From a virus (taxonomy: Duplodnaviria > Caudoviricetes): a stretch of DNA of 50,643 nt. Positions 7,336 to 15,828 of this stretch are shown here, piece by piece. The notes under the pieces were generated by a model. That model ran no database searches, was not told where the DNA came from, and was given only the letters and a program-made list of their open reading frames with translations. The translations under genes and the position numbers were made by a program. Where the stretch lies: positions 1-50,643 of the IMG/VR virus record IMGVR_UViG_3300037156_000076. One strand, given 5' to 3'. Positions within the stretch are counted from its first letter, which is position 1. Each line of letters begins with the position of its first letter.

Positions 7336-8171
7336 TGCATTACTTCAAACGCAACATTGGCGACTACCACAAGAAGGCTGGCCGACTCTCAATGCTTGAG
7401 CACGGTTCGTACACGCTAATCATGGATTCGTGCTACGACCGTGAACGCTTCCCTACGCTCGAAGAAGCTATCGACTGGTGCTGGGCAAGATCAGACGAAG
7501 AGATTTCTGCTGTTAAATTCGTCCTGAGCAAGTTCTTCACCTTGATTGGCGGGGTCTACACGCAAGAACGCATCGCGGATGAGATCACTGCCTATCAAGA
7601 AAGGGCGGAGAAGAATAAGCAGATTGCCATTGACCGTGAGAATAAGCGAAAGGGTGTACGTGCACCAGACGTGTACGATTCGTGTACGGATCGCCACCTA
7701 ACCACTAACCAAGAACCACTAACCACTAACCAAGAACCAGAAGATCAACACAACTCTCACAACGCGGGTGAAGCTGATTTGGTTTCCGGTCCAGATCCTG
7801 AGCAAGAGCAGATCGACCCGCCTGCACCGGCCGAAGAGCCACCGCTACCTGTCAACCCGCTTTTTCCTTCCGAGATGACGCTGGAGTGGATTCCTGACCA
7901 AGGGATTCTGACCGCCTTCGCCAAGGTTGCCCCGGTCCCTCTTGACGCTTTCACGCCGGACGCTGTCGGGTCATTCGTTTGCCACTACGCAGCATCAGGT
8001 CGCTTCGAGACGCACGCTAAGTGGGTCCAGCTGATGGTCGCTTGGGTTAAGCGTGATCTGGTCGCTGATGTAGCCCGAAGCAATGTGCGTCAGTTCCCGG
8101 CGAAGAAACAGGCCAACGGCCCTGATTACTACGGGCAGGGATGGCGCTCCGATACGAGTGATGACGTATGA
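7332..8171 (+). CDS. Replication initiator (YdaU/DUF1376 N-terminus, DnaT-like C-terminus)
   Basis: MHYFKRNIGDY..LSMLEHGSY YdaU motif. Internal iteron-like repeats. Lies upstream of the P-like gene. Confidence 0.85.
   Translation: MMHYFKRNIGDYHKKAGRLSMLEHGSYTLIMDSCYDRERFPTLEEAIDWCWARSDEEISAVKFVLSKFFTLIGGVYTQERIADEITAYQERAEKNKQIAIDRENKRKGVRAPDVYDSCTDRHLTTNQEPLTTNQEPEDQHNSHNAGEADLVSGPDPEQEQIDPPAPAEEPPLPVNPLFPSEMTLEWIPDQGILTAFAKVAPVPLDAFTPDAVGSFVCHYAASGRFETHAKWVQLMVAWVKRDLVADVARSNVRQFPAKKQANGPDYYGQGWRSDTSDDV
7654..7740. repeat. Putative replication-origin iterons inside the initiator gene
   Basis: GTGTACG x3, then tandem 7-mers AACCACT/AACCAAG (7700-7740). Confidence 0.6.
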
Positions 8172-8887
8172 GGGCCGCTAACTCACTGACCGCCAAAGCA
8201 GCCTGGGCAATCCGTACCAGGAACCTGCCAATGCTGCCTGCACCACTGGGCACCGTTGACGACGCCACGGCCGAAGTCGTCGAGAAGTTGTTTCGCCAAC
8301 TTCAAGCGATCTTCCCGGCCCACAAGCAGGCTTGGCCTGACGACAAGGCGCTCGACGTTGCCCGCCGTAGCTGGACCAAGGGTTTCATGGCTTCCGGTAT
8401 TTGCACCATCGAGCACATCCGGTTCGGTATCGAGCAATGTCGCCTAAGCGGCTCACCGTTCGCTCCAAGCATCGGTCAGTTCATAGGCTGGTGCACGCCT
8501 GGATATGAGGCTTACGGCATGCCAGCGGCTCCTGATGCATGGATGGAGGCCCTAATGGGCGCTGCCAGCCACGAAGCGGTGCGAATCGCTGCGAATGCGA
8601 CCGGGAAGTTCGATCTGGCGAAGGCCAAGCAGGATGACAAGGCGATGCGCGCTCGTTTTGAACGCAACTACGAAATCGTCCTGCGCCGCGCTCAATCCGG
8701 CCAGCCACTCGACGGCAAGATCCTGACCGGCATCGGCCACGACAGCCAGAAGACCGAACTGGAACTGGCTAACGAACTGGCCGACCGCCAGACCCAAGAA
8801 CGAATTGCCAAGCAAGGGATCCCGGCCGACGGAAAGTCTGCCCGCGAACTGCTGTTGGCGAAGTTTGGCAAGAGGAATGCGTCATGA
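8168..8887 (+). CDS. Replication protein P-like helicase loader
   Basis: VEKLFRQLQAIFPA..W...PFAPSIGQFIGWC is typical of the lambda P family. Follows the initiator. Confidence 0.85.
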   Translation: MRAANSLTAKAAWAIRTRNLPMLPAPLGTVDDATAEVVEKLFRQLQAIFPAHKQAWPDDKALDVARRSWTKGFMASGICTIEHIRFGIEQCRLSGSPFAPSIGQFIGWCTPGYEAYGMPAAPDAWMEALMGAASHEAVRIAANATGKFDLAKAKQDDKAMRARFERNYEIVLRRAQSGQPLDGKILTGIGHDSQKTELELANELADRQTQERIAKQGIPADGKSARELLLAKFGKRNAS

Positions 8888-9321
8888 GCAAAGAATTGCA
8901 ACTCAAACTCACGAATGGCGTGCAGATCATTGCGACCGATATCGCCTTCTACGACTACAGCGAAGAGATCAGGAAGCAGCGCAAGCAGTCGCAGCACGTC
9001 GGCGACTTGCTCATGGTCAATAACCCTCGCGTAGCGCGCAACAAGGATACCGGCGAGGTTCTGCATGCGGCTGACATCGTGAGCGGCGAACTGCTGAACA
9101 ACCTGCCAGGCGAATCGCGCAATCGGATCGGCCTCGGAGGATCGCTCAAGGTCGGGACGTTCCGTCTCGCTACGCCCGATGACCCTGGCTACATGGCGAC
9201 CCGCGAGCAGTGGGCTGACTTCAAGGACTCCCAGATTTTCAAGCTTCGCTGCGAGTCGTTTGTCTTCGGGGTGACCGCCATCCTTACTCTTGGAGCCCTG
9301 GCGCTTGTGGTGATGCCATGA
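8884..9321 (+). CDS. Hypothetical protein with C-terminal TM anchor
   Basis: ATGA-coupled ORF with a hydrophobic C-terminus. Confidence 0.7.
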   Translation: MSKELQLKLTNGVQIIATDIAFYDYSEEIRKQRKQSQHVGDLLMVNNPRVARNKDTGEVLHAADIVSGELLNNLPGESRNRIGLGGSLKVGTFRLATPDDPGYMATREQWADFKDSQIFKLRCESFVFGVTAILTLGALALVVMP

Positions 9322-9476
9322 CCCCCGCCCAAAAATCCAAAGTCTCCGAACTCCAGCTCCAAGGCTTCTCAATCACTGCCAAGCACAAGGACTTCATCGC
9401 CATGCAAAAGGGTGCAGATAACCGACTTGTGCGGACGGATGGGAGTCAGAAGCGGGAGAGTGGGGTGAAGTCATGA
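9318..9476 (+). CDS. Small hypothetical protein (52 aa)
   Basis: Hand translation MTPAQKSKVSELQLQGF...GVKS. ATGA-coupled at both ends. Confidence 0.7.
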   Translation: MTPAQKSKVSELQLQGFSITAKHKDFIAMQKGADNRLVRTDGSQKRESGVKS

Positions 9477-9712
9477 AAACCAAGATCGTGCATTTCGTAT
9501 CGCGCTGCTGCGGCCCACAAGAATGCGACTGCCGCCCAAGATGTTTCCAGCGGGAAGGGGATGAGATTCAAGTGACCACCACCGCTAAAAACGTGACCTG
9601 CAAGAACTGCTTGAAAGGTTTGGCGGCTGACAAGAAACGCAAGTCGGCACGCGAATCCGCACAGATGAGATCGCATGAAGCGTGGGCGAATGAAGTTGGG
9701 GGTGGGGTATGA
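9473..9712 (+). CDS. Cys-rich hypothetical protein
   Basis: ATGA-coupled, with VTCKNC motif. Confidence 0.65.
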   Translation: MKTKIVHFVSRCCGPQECDCRPRCFQREGDEIQVTTTAKNVTCKNCLKGLAADKKRKSARESAQMRSHEAWANEVGGGV

Positions 9713-10014
9713 GCGAATCCAAAATGCGCGAAGAGTTTGAGGCGTGGTCAGCAAATCATGAGTATCTCGGCGGCGTCGAAATCGACAGGGCGATCAGTGG
9801 GAATTACTCGGACGTTGACCTACATCATGCATGGGAGGCATGGCATGCATCCCGCGAGGCGCTGGTGATTGATCTGCCATCAGTAGGTCCATCGCCAGAA
9901 GCCCCGGAAGAAGCAATCGACGACAGCTACATGGATGGGCACTACGGCGCCATCCGTATGCGTAATGCCTGCTTCAAGGCAATCACTGCCCTGGGCCTGA
10001 AGGTGAAGTCATGA
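9709..10014 (+). CDS. Hypothetical nin-region protein (MREEFEAW...AWxASR family)
   Basis: ATGA-coupled. Paralogous to 10184-10468. Confidence 0.75.
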   Translation: MSESKMREEFEAWSANHEYLGGVEIDRAISGNYSDVDLHHAWEAWHASREALVIDLPSVGPSPEAPEEAIDDSYMDGHYGAIRMRNACFKAITALGLKVKS

Positions 10015-10187
10015 AATCAATTATCGCAGTCATGGCAATTCTCGCTCTGTGCGGATGTGAGAAAGCCCGTAACGACGTTAAAAGCCAGGCCGAGGACTAT
10101 GCCATCTGCACGAAAGCAGGGATGAGGAGCTACCAGAATTCCTACGGTGAAGTTTTGTGCGCGCCACCGGCAGGAGTGAAGTCATGA
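10011..10187 (+). CDS. Small putative lipoprotein (58 aa)
   Basis: Hand translation MKSIIAVMAILALCGCEKAR... has a lipobox-like LCGC. ATGA-coupled at both ends. Confidence 0.7.
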   Translation: MKSIIAVMAILALCGCEKARNDVKSQAEDYAICTKAGMRSYQNSYGEVLCAPPAGVKS

Positions 10188-10468
10188 GCGAATCAATCGA
10201 AGCTTTCGAAGTTTGGCGGAAACAGCAAATCGCCTCACTGGTACGCACTGGGCACCTTGACGCGGCTCGCGCCTTCGAGCAGCTCGGATCTATTCAGGGG
10301 AGCGTCTGGGATTCGGCATGGCAGGCATCCCGCGAGACGCCGGTGATTAAGCGCCCCGAAAAATGCGAGTTCGCCGAGCCTGATGGTTCGTATCACAAAG
10401 GATATCGCCAAGGGATGCGCAGCATGGTCGACGCCATCGAGGCCGCCGGCCTGAAGGTGTCGCAATGA
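10184..10468 (+). CDS. Hypothetical nin-region protein, paralogue of 9709-10014
   Basis: MSESIEAFEVW...AWQASRE...AIEAAGLKV. Confidence 0.75.
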   Translation: MSESIEAFEVWRKQQIASLVRTGHLDAARAFEQLGSIQGSVWDSAWQASRETPVIKRPEKCEFAEPDGSYHKGYRQGMRSMVDAIEAAGLKVSQ

Positions 10469-11397
10469 GCGAATTTTCGGGCGTCGAGCACAACGTAATT
10501 AGCGTCAGTGGTGGCAAGGACTCGACAGCGCTACTACTTCTTGCCATCGAGTTAGGCGTGGGGAATATGCAGGCTGTATTCGCTGATACAGGTAACGAGC
10601 ATCCGCAGACTTACGAGTATCTCGATTACTTGGAGCAGAAGCTGGACTTGAGCATACGGCGTGTTAAGGCAGATTTTTCTCGCCAGATCGCCGGTAAGCG
10701 AGCGTTTGTAGAGGTGAAGTGGAGAGAGATGGGCGTCTCTGAAAGCATAGTTGCCGATGCTTTGGCCGTACTTCAGCCAACTGGAAGCCCGTTTCTTGAT
10801 CTTTGCGTTTGGAAAGGCCGCTTCCCCAGCTCTCAAGCTGCGTTCTGTTCTGAAGAGTTGAAGCGCCTGCCGATCACTACTCAGGTTCAAGACCCTCTGC
10901 TGTCAGTCGGCGATGACGTAGTGAGCTGGCAGGGCGTTCGAGCTGACGAATCTTCACGCCGGGCGCTGCTGACAATGCGCGAGCACAAGAGTACTCACGC
11001 TGGCGGCGGGGAGCTGTGGAACTACCGCCCGATCCTGCAATGGGATGTAGAACAGGTTTTCGCCATGCACAGCAAGCACGGCATCAAGCCGAACCCCTTG
11101 TATGCCCAAGGCATGGGTCGTGTGGGCTGCATGCCCTGCATCAACTGCCGCAAAGACGAACTCCTGGAAATCTCCCAGCGCTTCCCCGATCAGGTGGAAA
11201 AGATTCGCCAATGGGAAGTGATTGTGAGCAAAGCCAGCAAGCGCGGATCAGGAACATTCTTCACCAGCGACGCTCGCGGCCACGGCATCGACGAGCTTGT
11301 CGGTTGGAGCCAAACAGCCCGAGGTGGGCAGCAGTTCGACTTCCTTCGGCAGTGGGATTCCCCCGCCTGTACCTCAATTTACGGGCTATGCGAATGA
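10465..11397 (+). CDS. PAPS-reductase-family (PP-loop, DndC/CysH-like) protein
   Basis: SVSGGKDS PP-motif, FADTGNE, GVRADESSRR and RVGCMPC. Confidence 0.9.
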   Translation: MSEFSGVEHNVISVSGGKDSTALLLLAIELGVGNMQAVFADTGNEHPQTYEYLDYLEQKLDLSIRRVKADFSRQIAGKRAFVEVKWREMGVSESIVADALAVLQPTGSPFLDLCVWKGRFPSSQAAFCSEELKRLPITTQVQDPLLSVGDDVVSWQGVRADESSRRALLTMREHKSTHAGGGELWNYRPILQWDVEQVFAMHSKHGIKPNPLYAQGMGRVGCMPCINCRKDELLEISQRFPDQVEKIRQWEVIVSKASKRGSGTFFTSDARGHGIDELVGWSQTARGGQQFDFLRQWDSPACTSIYGLCE

Positions 11398-11458
11398 TTA
11401 CTCAAGGAATTGCATCTGTCCTCGGCGATACCGTAAGCGTGCCAAAGGAGCTGCTGTC

Positions 11459-11674
11459 ATGAGCGACGAAATCGACTTCGCCCAAACCCGCATCGAAACC
11501 GAGCTGGCATCAAAGCTCGCTGCTCGGGTGATTTATACCGGCCAGAGCGCCAGAGAGTGTGACTGCGGCGATACGATCCCAGAGGCACGGCGCGTGGCTG
11601 TACCGGGGGTTCAGACTTGCGTGGCGTGCGCTGAGCGGGCTGCGCTGGCAAAGCAGGGAGTGCGGAGAGCATGA
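11459..11674 (+). CDS. TraR/DksA C4 zinc-finger protein
   Basis: MSDEIDFAQ...ECDCGDTIPEARRVAVPGVQTCVAC, with AAGGAG RBS. Confidence 0.9.
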   Translation: MSDEIDFAQTRIETELASKLAARVIYTGQSARECDCGDTIPEARRVAVPGVQTCVACAERAALAKQGVRRA

Positions 11675-12453
11675 ACGAATACGCGAAGTTGAAGGAATTA
11701 GCCGAGGCCCTGGAAGGCGCAACCAGCCGATACATGGACGACGAGACGAACAACAAACTCGGGGATGAATGGAGTCTCGCTAACGACCGCTACGTTGACG
11801 CTTCCAGCCCAGCAGTAGCGCTGGGGCTGATCGCCGAGAACGAGCGACTTACAGTTGCTGCCAAATACTGCGAGCAGATCGAAGCCACTCCAGAAAATCA
11901 ACGCGAGACGATGCTTTACGATCTTGCTGTCGAGCGCGACGAACTCAAGGCTGAAATCGACGAAGACAAGCTGCACTTCTCGGCGATGGGTCGGGCGCTT
12001 GAGGGTGTGGTGGCTGAGCGGGATCGGCTCGAGGCTCAGCTATTCGAAGAATCCATGATGTCCGAGTGCATGCGCCAGTTCCGGGCCGACATGATCGAGC
12101 TGGGTGTGGTTGGCGAGTCCTGCCCGCCGACGATGATGACCGAGGGTGTGTGCGGGTATATCGGGAAGCTCAAGGCTGAGTGCGAAGGGCTGCGGACTAA
12201 TGCTGGGCGAATGGTTGCTCATGGTCGAAATCAGGCGCTGGACGAGGCGTCAACCCTCTGCTCTCGAATGGCGTACGACGCATATCACCCAAACGCAGAC
12301 CAGTACAAGTTCCGCACTACGAAATTACAACGAGCTCTCGGAGGCATCCTGATCGCGGCATGCAATCGAATCGCCGAGCTTCCTGATGGGCCGTATCAGC
12401 GTCATCTGGAGCGTCAGGCGAAGAAGGCCGCAAGCAAGGGAGAGCAGTCGTGA
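11671..12453 (+). CDS. Ead/Ea22-like coiled-coil protein
   Basis: YAKLKELAEA...ASSPAVALGLIAENERL motif followed by coiled-coil repeats. Confidence 0.7.
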   Translation: MNEYAKLKELAEALEGATSRYMDDETNNKLGDEWSLANDRYVDASSPAVALGLIAENERLTVAAKYCEQIEATPENQRETMLYDLAVERDELKAEIDEDKLHFSAMGRALEGVVAERDRLEAQLFEESMMSECMRQFRADMIELGVVGESCPPTMMTEGVCGYIGKLKAECEGLRTNAGRMVAHGRNQALDEASTLCSRMAYDAYHPNADQYKFRTTKLQRALGGILIAACNRIAELPDGPYQRHLERQAKKAASKGEQS

Positions 12454-12920
12454 CAGACAAAATCTCCGTCAACTGCCAAGCCAAACTCACCGAGGCGATC
12501 ACCAGCCTGACCGCCATGTTCTTCGATAAGAAGTTCGTGGTCGTCTCGCTGCGCCCCGGCAAGGACCGCACGCTCGACCAAAACGCGCTGTGGTTCGCAT
12601 TTTACAAACGCATCTCCCAGATGACGCAGATCGGTGACGCTAGCGAAGCCCGTAAGTACTGCAAGCTTCACCATGGCGTTCAGATCCTGATCAACGAAGA
12701 CGAGGACTACCGGGCGGCATGGCACCGGACCACCAAGCACCTCACCTACGAAGAAAAATTAGACCTGATGGGTGATTGCAAGCTGCTTGGGCCGGATGGC
12801 TTTCCAGTCACCAGTCTGTTCAACCGCGCCCAGGGCATCGCTTACACGGATCGCATCGTTGCCGACTTCGTGACGAAGGGCGTGTTTTTCGGTGATTTGC
12901 TTGGGGAGCAGGCGGCATGA
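12450..12920 (+). CDS. ninB: NinB-like recombination accessory protein
   Basis: KDRTLDQNALW motif, in the nin region. Confidence 0.7.
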   Translation: MTDKISVNCQAKLTEAITSLTAMFFDKKFVVVSLRPGKDRTLDQNALWFAFYKRISQMTQIGDASEARKYCKLHHGVQILINEDEDYRAAWHRTTKHLTYEEKLDLMGDCKLLGPDGFPVTSLFNRAQGIAYTDRIVADFVTKGVFFGDLLGEQAA

Positions 12921-13201
12921 ATCATCAATTCAAGAAGGGCGATCTGGCGCTGATCATCAACCACACATTCCCGCCTGCAATTGGCTGCTGTGTAGAGCTG
13001 GTTTCCCGACATATCGTCGGCCCGGTAGATCGCCGCAATCCAATGGATCCCGGCGTATACGAGCAGGAAGAGGGTGAGGCGGCGTGGGTTGTCGCCGAGC
13101 TTGACGGGCAGTCTGACTGCATTGTTTGGGAGAAATGGATTATGCCCTTGCTCGGCGACACCGCCCCAGCCATCCAGAAATCACAGGCGGTGCCAGTATG
13201 A
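12917..13201 (+). CDS. Hypothetical protein
   Basis: FKKGDLALI N-terminus. ATGA-coupled. Confidence 0.7.
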   Translation: MNHQFKKGDLALIINHTFPPAIGCCVELVSRHIVGPVDRRNPMDPGVYEQEEGEAAWVVAELDGQSDCIVWEKWIMPLLGDTAPAIQKSQAVPV

Positions 13202-13308
13202 TCATTCAGGCCCTATTTAGCGTCCTAGTCCGCATCATAATCCTCGCTGAGTGCGCTTATCAGATGCCAGTTACTCCGGCTGAGTTTCAGATAGGGGCGG
13301 GATTGTGA
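13198..13308 (+). CDS. Small hydrophobic peptide (36 aa)
   Basis: Overlap-coupled at both ends. Confidence 0.45.
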   Translation: MIIQALFSVLVRIIILAECAYQMPVTPAEFQIGAGL

Positions 13309-13649
13309 ATTTCTATCTGCGCTGGGCCGGCTCAACAATGCTCGGAACCCACTACCTAAAAAAGTTCTGCCCGCTATGGGATGCGGCGCTGAACAGGCTG
13401 ATCGACAAGCACTGGCGAGACGTAAAAGTTGATGGGCACTTCGCGACACTGGGTGATACCACGGTATGGGTGTCGAACGCTTTCTATGCATACGGATACT
13501 GCTGGAACAGGTACGGCGGGCATAACGAATTCCGACCATCCCTTCAGACGATGCGTCGTCTCGACTCACTTGTTCGGCATATTCAGGGTAAGCGGGAAGC
13601 TGATGAGCGCGCCAAGTATCTGCAATCGGTAAAGGGGTTGGGGCTATGA
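13305..13649 (+). CDS. Hypothetical protein
   Basis: 114-aa coupled ORF. Confidence 0.65.
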   Translation: MNFYLRWAGSTMLGTHYLKKFCPLWDAALNRLIDKHWRDVKVDGHFATLGDTTVWVSNAFYAYGYCWNRYGGHNEFRPSLQTMRRLDSLVRHIQGKREADERAKYLQSVKGLGL

Positions 13650-13846
13650 GCGGCTACATCATCCGAAACACAGCCGGCGCCACAAATCGATTCCACGTCT
13701 ACCGCCCGGGCGAATCGGCTCCAGCGTTCATGCTGCCGACAGTTACCGAGGCGCTGGACATCGTAGCGCTGGATCGCGCCCAGCCAGTGCCACTGAATCG
13801 CTGCGTGGGATGCGTAGAAGGGGAATGCCCATGCTTGCCTCGGTGA
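13646..13846 (+). CDS. Hypothetical protein
   Basis: 66-aa coupled ORF. Confidence 0.55.
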   Translation: MSGYIIRNTAGATNRFHVYRPGESAPAFMLPTVTEALDIVALDRAQPVPLNRCVGCVEGECPCLPR

Positions 13847-14415
13847 GGGTGCGGAAGGCCAAGAAGTGCCGCGTAGCTTCGTGCGGGGCCTTATTCGTCC
13901 CGCAACGTCTGGGCCAAGTAGTTTGCAGTCCGACGTGCGCGATTAAGGATGCGCCTGCCAATCAGGACAAGGCGCGCAAGGCCCTGGCTGATGTCGGGCG
14001 CCGGGACATTAAGGTTCGCAAGGAGAAGCTGAAGAGCAGGGCGGATCACCTCAAAGACACGCAGAAAGCGTTCAACGCCTGGATCCGTGAGCGGGATGCG
14101 GGCCAGCCATGCATCAGTTGCGGGACAACGGCGGACGTTCAGTACTGCGCGGGTCACTACAGGACAACTGCAGCATGCCCAGAGCTTCGCTTTGACCCTC
14201 TCAATGTCCATTTGCAGTGCAATCGCAACTGCAACATGGGTAAGTCGGGGAACCTGCTGGGGTATCGCCCGCGGTTGCTGCAAAAGATCGGTGCGGAAAA
14301 GCTCGCTTGGGTCGAAGGCCCGCATGAGCCGAAGAGGTACACCGTTGACGGGCTGAAGGCGATGACGGCGGCGTACCGGGAGAAGACCAGAGAACTCAAG
14401 AGGGCGGCAGCATGA
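13825..14415 (+). CDS. ninG: NinG/Rap recombination endonuclease
   Basis: FNAWIRERDAGQPCISCG...AGHYRT...LRFDPLNVHLQC..CN..SGN. Confidence 0.92.
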   Translation: MPMLASVRVRKAKKCRVASCGALFVPQRLGQVVCSPTCAIKDAPANQDKARKALADVGRRDIKVRKEKLKSRADHLKDTQKAFNAWIRERDAGQPCISCGTTADVQYCAGHYRTTAACPELRFDPLNVHLQCNRNCNMGKSGNLLGYRPRLLQKIGAEKLAWVEGPHEPKRYTVDGLKAMTAAYREKTRELKRAAA

Positions 14416-14957
14416 CTTATCGCAACGTAGTGTCAGCAGTTGTCCGGGCCCTGGCGGCCGAAACGATAAATAGCGCTGGCGGGTGCGACTTCGAACCGAA
14501 GGTGCAATGCGCAAAGCAGAAGGGTGAGATCGTCGGTAAGGAAGCTGCATTCTTGACGGACTGCTGGGTATTCGGTCGGCTGCACAAGGGGTTGAGCCCG
14601 GCGCACTGGCGGGCATTGGTGGCGAAGTTCTCGACGCACATGGACCGTAAGCACGCCGCAATCACTGAACTGACCAAGGCTATCCGGTCGCCAGCACCTG
14701 AGCGGTTCCGTCATTGCGCCGTCGTTACCTGGGCTCTGCCGAAGTTGCCAGGCGCTGACGGTAAGCGGTCGACCAATGTACTGCCGGCTGGGTGGTACGA
14801 GATGGATAACTGGTCAGATGAGCCGGTGCCGGTCCGCACGCAAAGCCGGTGGCGCCGAGACATCAGCAAGACAATTGAGCAGGAAGTCGATAGGGCGCTT
14901 GAGTCCGCACAGATGCTTTTCGATGCGGAGGGGCTTATCTGGGCAGATGCAGCTTGA
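14412..14957 (+). CDS. Putative late-gene antiterminator (Q-like)
   Basis: Last gene of the nin operon, immediately followed by a sigma70 promoter, short RNA and terminator (pR'-tR' layout). Confidence 0.65.
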   Translation: MTYRNVVSAVVRALAAETINSAGGCDFEPKVQCAKQKGEIVGKEAAFLTDCWVFGRLHKGLSPAHWRALVAKFSTHMDRKHAAITELTKAIRSPAPERFRHCAVVTWALPKLPGADGKRSTNVLPAGWYEMDNWSDEPVPVRTQSRWRRDISKTIEQEVDRALESAQMLFDAEGLIWADAA

Positions 14958-14982
14958 CTACACTGGCCGACTGGCTTAGATT
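14954..14982 (+). promoter_or_regulatory. Late promoter pR'
   Basis: TTGACT-17 bp-TAGATT overlapping the stop of the Q-like gene. Confidence 0.75.
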
Positions 14983-15023
14983 ATCCCCATCCTGTCGATC
15001 TTGCGCATGAAGGTTGGCAGGGT

Positions 15024-15147
15024 AAGTGTGTGAGGGGAACTCGCTTACGGCGATACGGTATACCCACCGAGAGATGAGCTGCTTGGCCAACGATGGTGAT
15101 AGGGTTTGAGACCCTTAGCTCTGCCGGTTCAAGTCCGGTCACACTGA
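15024..15147 (+). ncRNA. tRNA-like RNA with non-canonical D-loop, anticodon and variable regions
   Basis: Acceptor AGTGTG/CACACT, T arm GCCGG-TTCAAGT-CCGGT, class II-like D stem GGG-GAA...GGTATA-CCC, and extra hairpins. Confidence 0.65.
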
Positions 15148-15157
15148 TAAATTACAG

Positions 15158-15185
15158 AAAGGTCGCTTAGGCGGCCTTTTTTATT
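15158..15185 (+). terminator. tR'-like terminator
   Basis: AGGTCGC-TTAG-GCGGCCT followed by a T-tract. Confidence 0.8.
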
Positions 15186-15310
15186 GCCCGAATTTCCCCC
15201 AAAGACCTCCAAGTCTCTTGCCTCGGCAATGCGTAGATGGGAGGCACCCTTTCCCTTGGTCGCCAGCAGTCGGCCTTTTTTATTCCAACTCCCAGAAGGG
15301 AGGAAGCCGG

Positions 15311-15634
15311 ATGAAGATCATGCCCGAGAAAGACCCCTCGTTCTGGGCACTGGTCATCACCGCATTGCGGGACAACGGCCTGGCCATGGCCTTGACGTTC
15401 GCCCTGATCTTTCTGCGCGTCCAGTACGAAGGCAAAGAGACGAGCACTGTCCGCAAGCTGATCGAGGCAACTCTCGGCGCGCTGATGGTTATGGTCGTCG
15501 GCCTGACGGTTCAAAACTTCGGACTCAGCAGCGGCTGGGCATTCTTCGCGTCTGGCTTCGTCGGGATTCTCGGCGTTGACCAGGTGCGCCAACTCGGCAA
15601 GCGCTGGTCTGAGCGCAAGGCGGGCGAGCTATGA
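15311..15634 (+). CDS. Holin, lambda S family, with dual-start motif Met-Lys-Ile-Met
   Basis: MKIMPEKDPSFW, three TM segments, basic C-terminus, GGGAGGA RBS. Confidence 0.9.
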   Translation: MKIMPEKDPSFWALVITALRDNGLAMALTFALIFLRVQYEGKETSTVRKLIEATLGALMVMVVGLTVQNFGLSSGWAFFASGFVGILGVDQVRQLGKRWSERKAGEL

Positions 15635-15828
15635 AGTGGCATCAACTCTGGTCCATTCGCTTGGCCTTAGCCGGCTCGGCCCTGAACGCGGGCGCCATCG
15701 GCTGGACTGTGTTCCAAGGCACCGTAAACCCCCTGATCTATGCCGCCATCAATATGGGGCTTGGCATCGGTGTTGCCGTGGTGCGCGTGCTGAGCCAGGC
15801 GCCTAAAGATGGCGAGGCAGACAAATGA
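15631..15828 (+). CDS. Small two-TM membrane protein (holin-associated)
   Basis: WHQLWSIRLA...VVRVLSQ pattern. Confidence 0.75.
   Translation: MKWHQLWSIRLALAGSALNAGAIGWTVFQGTVNPLIYAAINMGLGIGVAVVRVLSQAPKDGEADK

Noticed and set aside
15024-15147. Canonical decoding tRNA
   Set aside because: No 7-nt anticodon loop, oversized D and variable regions, and a first-pair mismatch. Reported as tRNA-like ncRNA instead.
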